A DNA stretch of 64,000 nucleotides. Origin: Macrostomum lignano. Taxonomy: Eukaryota. Shown one piece after another: positions 57,789 through 64,000 of this stretch. Made by a program: the position numbers and the translations under genes. The notes beneath the pieces were generated by a model. That model did not search any database. It saw nothing but the letters and a program-made list of their open reading frames with translations, and was not told where the DNA came from. Every line of letters begins with the position of its first letter. Positions within the stretch are counted from its first letter, which is position 1. The stretch spans positions 1 to 64,000 of the forward strand of contig NIVC01002895.1 in NCBI GenBank assembly GCA_002269645.1, in the 5' to 3' direction.

Positions 57789-60700
57789 ATGAATAAGAAG
57801 CTCTCGGCCGCTAGGAGTGCCTTCAAGAAGAAGTTCAAGCGGAGACCGCCGGCTGGTGAGTGCGTTATGCTAACGTATGCTAACTTAAAGTCGTTAGCAT
57901 AATTCCGAAAGTAAAATGGCAGACAGTGAACTTTCTCTTGCTTCTTTCTGGCTGGCCAAATGCATGCGGTTGCCGATATTTCTTAAATCAAATCAATACT
58001 GCTTGTGTACTATTTAACCATGCGCCAAATGCTTTCGACCAGTGCTTCTTAGTTGATTCACCACCTCATTTCTCATTCGTGAATGCACTACCAATGACTT
58101 ACATGTACCTGTGACGATACTCCTAATCTGTTTCTCGAATGGCATTGTATAAAGCTATACAGAGTGGTCCAGTAAGGTCTCTCGGTTAAAAAAACAGAGC
58201 AGTTTTCTTAAACACAGCTTTTTATTACATGCATTGACTTGTGTTTAAGCACAATTGTAACAATCTGCTGTAAAGCTGTTAGTAACTTCTCAACCTGACG
58301 GCCCATAGTTGTCTATACCTCTTAAAGTCTCTTAAAGTCAGGACGTCATTTTGAATCTCTCAACTGACGTATAAGCCATGCAGAGAACTGAAATACAGCA
58401 GATACGTCCGGTAGTGTAATTTCAAGATTATTGAAGCAAGTAACAAGCTTCTAAAGTAAAAATATCATTAAAAAGTTTAAGCAGGTCAAGGTTGTGCCCA
58501 ATCCATCAACCCAGTACTCAGAAAAGCCAGGGAGGCCTTTCTGAACCACCCTGCATATCACGATTGACACTATCGGTTGTCTAGGAAACTTTTGCTGTCC
58601 TTGCTTTTTGCCACCCACACTTTGGTCACCGCTAGAGATTTAAAAAATTTCACGATCGAAGCAACAGCGCTTTTTATTGATTGTTTAACGTACCACTACA
58701 TACCGCATGTCTCAGTACCAAAGCTAGCAAAGTACCTGTGGTAGATCCAAACGTGTTAAGTCCCACACTTTTTAACATTCTTGTTTCCACACTACTTTGC
58801 TGTTCAGATGCCCACGGTTCCTTCAAAGACAAAGACCTCCGAATTGCCTGTCTGGGCCGACCCGTCGCTCTCGGCACGCTGTACGATGCGCGAAACGACC
58901 GCTTCATCACCGGGACCAAGCTGTGGTCGCAAGCCGCGACGCTCGACATGACCAAAAGTCAAGTGGAAGTGACTCGAACTATCAGCATCGAAAAAGAGTG
59001 CACATTTTCGGACAAGGCGAAACTGCTCAAACTCAGTCCGGATCTGAAGCTCGGCTTCCTGTGTGGCAACACCGAGGTCGAAGGCTCTGGTCGGTACCTG
59101 AACGACTCAAAGACCAGTCTCAACTCTGAGGAAGTCACTCTGGCCTACCGGATTGTCACAAGGTTCGACGAGCTGCACTTGGAGCCAAGTGGAGGCGTCG
59201 AGTTTCCACAACAGCTGGCGGACACCCCGGCGACCCATGTGGTGACGGGCATCAAGTTCGGAGCCAATGCCTTTCTCGTGTTCGAAAAGGAGAGAGAGCT
59301 GCTTGGCGAGGCCTCAGCGTCGGAAGAGAGTCTCGAGTCGATGGTGTCCGCTCTAAAAGTCGCCTTCAATGAGTCCGACGCGCCGCCCAAGTACAGCAGC
59401 GACTTTGACGACAGTGTGTATGACAGAGTGAAGTGTCGCTACTTCGGTGACTTCGATGTCGAATCTCCACCGACGACTTTGCGAGAGGCGTTCGGCTGTG
59501 TGAGCAGCTTCTCAAGCGACAGCGCCGAGACTCCACTGGTGGCATACTTGACACCTCTGAGCACGCTTGGAGGCAAAGTAGTTATGCTGAAACGGAAGAT
59601 CACGGATGAGCAGCTGAACGAAGCTGGCGACTATCTTCAGAGGCTCAATGATTCCATCAGCGCGGCCGGAACACAGCAGCGTGTGCTGGCATCGAGTCCG
59701 TGGCAGACGCAGCGTGCAGAGCTTTCAGAGTTCGTGAATATGGTAGAAGTGATAAAGACCAGATACACGGAAAAGCTGCTGAAGACTCTGCCAGATGCTC
59801 GAGAGCACAATAAAGGATGCGATAAAATTACCAAGCTGTTGACCAATTTCCGGGACAATTCTCCGTTCGGACCCGCCCAGCTTCTTGACTGGATTTCGAA
59901 TCGAGAGAGGGAGTGCATCGCTCTGCAGGCGTTGGCAGCTCAACTGAGCTCAGTGGGCATCAAGCTCATCAAGGATGCCACAGACAAACAGCAGTTTGAA
60001 AAATCAGCTGAACAGAAGCTTCTAGTTGAGCTTAATTTTCCAACGATATCTTTCTATTTAAAAAGTCTTCAGAGATTCCTCAATGGTGAAAGCAATTACT
60101 CTACTGTGGAGCGGAGCCGGGATACCTGGCATGACACTGAAGAGCATGAAAAGATCATTGTACTGGTGAACGAGCTTGTGTCCATTGTTGAAAGAAACAG
60201 AACAGACGATAAATTCACCGTTTCTGCAGCTCTAATTAGCGAAGCCGGTCGCAACAATACGGACCGAATCGAAATTATAAAAAAGTACAGAAAGGGACAC
60301 CAGTGGTGCGCTCTGGAGATTCCGCCACCACCGAAGGATCTGTCATGCGAGGAAATTAAGTCCACTCGGGCCAAGTTTTCATGGTCGGCCGTGAAGAGCG
60401 AATTTGCGCCAGCTGTGCAGTACCGAATTAATATCTACGTTTCCTCCAAAAAAGACTCGAGTGAGCTTGTCGTCACGAAACTCACTGACGAAGTCACTAC
60501 TGACGTTCACGAGCTCGATCCAAGTAGCAAATTCAAGGCCAAGATCTCTACAGTGACTCCGTTTGGGGATTCAGTTGAGTCCCGTAGCGTCCGTTTTGAA
60601 ACGCTGCCTCTGGAGCTCTGCTCCGAGTACGTGCGAAAGATCATGTGCGAGTCGAAGCCCGTGAGGAAAGAAGGCGACGAAGCGTTTCCTGGCGAGATTT

Positions 60701-62396
60701 TCCAGCTCAAAATGAGACTCCTAAAGCTGCCTGAGAGCTGCCAGTGCCCTGCGGACCACTGCATCTGCCCTGAGTCATTCGACATTGGCGCGTGCAAAAG
60801 CAGTCCAGGGAAGTACCTGCTGGTTGTGGGCGAGACTGGCACAGGAAAAACCAGATTCATCAACGCGCTTGTAAATGCCTTCTACAAAGTTGAATACAAG
60901 GACAACTTTCGACTGCGCTTGATTTCTGAAACCGCCCCGGAATGTTCGGCGTTGGAATCCACTGCTTCAAATAGAATAAGTCAAATTATTAACCAGGCGC
61001 ATTCTCAGACGTCCAAGGTGTCATTGTATACTCTTCATCCGGTGGACACCTCGGGCGGGTGCAGCTCGGGCAGAAGTGCCCTGGACTGCCCGCTGACCGT
61101 CATCGATACTCCCGGCTTCGGAGACACCCGGGGTCTCGAAGAGGATCAGCGAGTCGTTAAGAAGATCGCCCGAGTGCTCGGAGAAGACAGCACCTGCATT
61201 CCAGGAATGACGGGCATCCTGCACGCCGTTGGCTTTGTGGTTAAGGCGTCTCAAAACCGACTGACCCCGACACAAAAGTACATTTTCGATCAGGTTCTAT
61301 CCCTGTTTGGAAAGGATATCGCAAAGATAATTTTTCCGGTCATGACATTTGCAGACAGCAATGAGCCACAGGCACTGGCTGCTCTAAGCGAGCACAATGT
61401 ACCGTATAAGCAAATCCTGAAGTTTAACAATGGCGTGATTTACTCCGACAACTCAGAGCCGGAACCGCAGGGTGCCTGTTCAGCAGAAGAGAAAAGCATC
61501 AAATGGCTCTTCGGGCGAGCCAGCTCGATTGGGAGCAGGCCTGGTTTAGCTACTCTGAGCTGTTCGATTGGCTAAGCAAAGCTGATGCGATCTCCCTGAA
61601 GACCACTCGAAATGTTTTGAGGCAGCGCAGCACGCTGGAGCACTCAAAGGAGAAGATGTGGGAAAAGGTGCAGGTGTGCTTCGATAAAATGGCTCTACTT
61701 GAAGAGCAGCTCAACCTCGTGGATACATTGGACGCCGTGATCAAGGACGCCGACATGAACAAGACTCGGAAAGTGATGGTGCCGAAAAAGGTGAAGAAGA
61801 CTCCAGGTCCTGGTCGCTACGTGATGCGCTGCAGAGTGTGCGAGAACACCTGCCACAACGACTGTTCCAGGGGACTTCCAGAAAGCAGGAAAAAGTGCCG
61901 AGTTTTCACGCTCTTTGGCAATTGCTCCGTGTGCCCGAAAAAGTGCAGCTGGAAGGAGCACGAGTGCTCGGATCACTACTTCGTGCACACCACCGAGGAG
62001 GAGATCGTCAGCGTGACGGAGATCTTTGAGAAGTACGAGCTCAGCGTCAAAGATCGGGAGGCTAAACGGAAACTGATTGAAACTCTGAGAGAAGAACTCT
62101 CGGCAGAGCACCAGGAGCTCACGTACAACATTGTGACAATTCACAAGTGCTTTGAAGCTCTTGATCAGCTGGCACTTCGGCAGTACCCTCTAGGCGTAGT
62201 GCAGTACATTGATAACCTCATTAGCAGCCAGGAGATGGAGCAGACGCCTGGCTGGCAGAGCCGCGTCAAGTACCTAGCAGAGGCTCGAAAATCTGCCGAA
62301 ATGATCGCCCAGACTCGCCGTGGCGAAGATCCGTTCGGCAACAAGATCGCCGAGATGCTGCAGCGCTGCGAGAGCGCCACGAGTGAGCCCAAGTGA
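57789..62396 (+). CDS. Stonustoxin/verrucotoxin-like MACPF domain + FN3 + P-loop GTPase (AIG1/septin-like) + Cys-rich/coiled-coil C-terminus; exons 57789-57855, 58808-62396; 1-bp frameshift near 61501
   Basis: LGRPVALGTLYDARND and ATHVVTGIKFGANAFLVF (stonustoxin-like); FN3 PPPPKDL...FSWS...QYRI; G1 GETGTGKT, G3 DTPGFGD; C-terminal C..C..TCH..C cluster. Exon 1 donor G|GTGAGT and acceptor TTCAG| are phase-compatible. Adding one base gives exactly 1219 codons. Confidence 0.8.
58160..58553. mobile_element. Tc1/mariner-type MITE in intron 1 of the toxin-like gene
   Basis: Imperfect TIR CAGAGTGGTCCAGTAAGGTCTC vs CAGGGTGGTTCAGAAAGGCCTC; TA on the left, CA (mutated TA) on the right. Confidence 0.65.
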
Positions 62397-62480
62397 TCCC
62401 TGAACCTAATTGGCTTTTTGCATAGTCTTGAATAGCTTTTGAAACTTAAAAAGTTTTTTACCTTGAAAAGTTACCTTGAA

Positions 62481-62747
62481 GGTCGTGGGTTCGATTCCCG
62501 ATACCACTATAACAACTGCATGGTGTCTTTGAGCAAGGCAATTAATTCTGCACTGCTTCAGTTCACCCAGCTGTAAAATGGGTGCCAGCATTAGCTGGGG
62601 TAATTGAGGGTGTGGCGACCCCCAGTCCTTGGACTGAACAGCCGTACGCAGCCTTCAGATGCGCCAAGCAATGGCTGCGGCTGAGCTGTCGGTTGCACAT
62701 CTGCCCATTAGGGCAGGTGTAACGAAGTATTTAGTATTATTATTATT
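62481..62747 (+). mobile_element. CORE-type SINE, 5'-truncated
   Basis: B box GGTTCGATTCC; MIR/CORE-like TTGAGCAAGGCAATTAA...CAGCTGTAAAATGGG; 3' stem-loop CTGCCC-ATTA-GGGCAG; (TAT)n tail. Confidence 0.75.
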
Positions 62748-63385
62748 AATTTGACTGCTATTATAACTAAACTGATATTATATTCACGAAGTGTAGCTTA
62801 CGCTTAATCTTCACTCAGTTCATTCCAGATTTGCGGCTGCTTTATTATTATTAAGACAATTGCTTTTTCAATGTAATTTACTCTCGAATTTCTCCTAATT
62901 AACTTCGACTTCTCAGTAATCGCGATATAATAATAAGTTGCACCGTAATAATTCATAATTTCTTTGAAGGCTTACATTTTTGAGCTTATGAATACTCTAC
63001 TAAATTATTTATGCCTACCTAATTAAAACTCAGTTTTTAACTTTAGGCCAGCATCATTCATCAACCAATCGTTAGCTACTCGTTATATGAAGCATTCTTT
63101 TTTGTTTTAACTCCTTGATAATTTGTATTGTGCTAAGCGTGTTTCTGTTTAAAGCGCTCTCAGTCAAACTGTTTTTATCCGTCATCATCCCGTTTAACTT
63201 TTTAGATGTTTTTTACATCATAATATTATTGCTATAGCCGTTATAAACGCAGTCAAAAATCAATAAATAAAAACGTGCGCTCTCACTCCTGTCCAGTATG
63301 GGAAATAAATATGCAATTTCTTTCAAACTGCGAGTTGGGTTTTAACTTGGCTGGAGGTTTAATTTATGGGCTTTTTGTGCAACTA

Positions 63386-64000
63386 CCATAGCTGGGTGTT
63401 TCTATCCATGGCTGGGTGTTTCTATCCATGGCTGGGTGTTCCTGTCCATAGCTGGGTGTTCCTGTCCATGGCTGGGTGTTCCTGTCCATAGCTGGGTGTT
63501 TCTATCCATAGCTGGGTGTTTCTATTCATAGCTGGGTGTTTCTATCCATAGCTGGGTGTTTCTATCCATAGCTGGGTGTTTCTATCCATAGCTGGGTGTT
63601 TCTATCCATAGCTGGGTGTTTCTATCCATAGCTGGGTGTTTCTATCCATAGCTGGGTGTTTCTGTCCATAGCTGGGTGTTTCTATCCATAGCTGGGTGTT
63701 TCTATCCATAGCTGGGTGTTTCTATCCATAGCTGGGTGTTTCTATCCATAGCAGGGTGTTTCTATCCATAGCTGGGTGTTTCTATCCATAGCTGGGTGTT
63801 TCTATCCATAGCTGGGTGTTTCTATCCATAGCTGGGTGTTTCTATCCATAGCTGGGTGTTTCTATTCATAGCTGGGTGTTTCTATCCATAGCTGGGTGTT
63901 CCTGTCCATAGCAGGGTGTTTCTATCCATAGCTGGGTGTTCCTGTCCATAGCAGGGTGTTTCTATCCATAGCTGGGTGTTCCTGTCCATGGCTGGGTGTT
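63386..64000. repeat. 20-bp tandem repeat (CTATCCATAGCTGGGTGTTT), runs off the window end
   Basis: Direct inspection. Confidence 0.97.

Noticed and set aside
36116-64000. Tandem arrays (91, 52, 24, 23/21 and 20 bp) as CRISPR arrays
   Set aside because: Units are head-to-tail without unique spacers, there are no cas genes, and the context is eukaryotic.

Overview
Repeat-rich animal (invertebrate) genomic DNA, not prokaryotic: spliceosomal GT-AG introns, SINEs, LINE, LTR and DNA transposons, satellites. GC-rich poly-Q exons and the gene families resemble a free-living flatworm such as Macrostomum (inference, not verifiable here). Host genes: two near-identical 3-exon VMO1/VOMI genes, a 5-exon FAM193 homolog, an intronless atypical class A GPCR, and a stonustoxin-like MACPF + FN3 + P-loop GTPase fusion gene with a 1-bp frameshift. 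The most striking structure is an 11.4-kb palindrome (6993-18408). Its 1.42-kb arms each carry a complete outward-facing VMO1 gene. Its spacer holds a decayed Polinton-type protein-primed DNA polymerase B (with endonuclease VII domain), split by an RTE-LINE fragment, plus a second decayed ORF. The second is a 5.8-kb Helitron/Helentron-like insert in FAM193 intron 1, whose 3.5-kb internal satellite consists of monomers that each mimic a Helitron 3' terminus (GC hairpin + CTAG). Also present: a young 2-kb non-autonomous LTR element, a solo LTR, a full-length dead mariner, three-level nested MITEs, several SINEs with TSDs, and a ~15-kb AT-rich domain with strongly directional C:G to T:A decay. 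All alignments and counts were done by eye; no searches were run.
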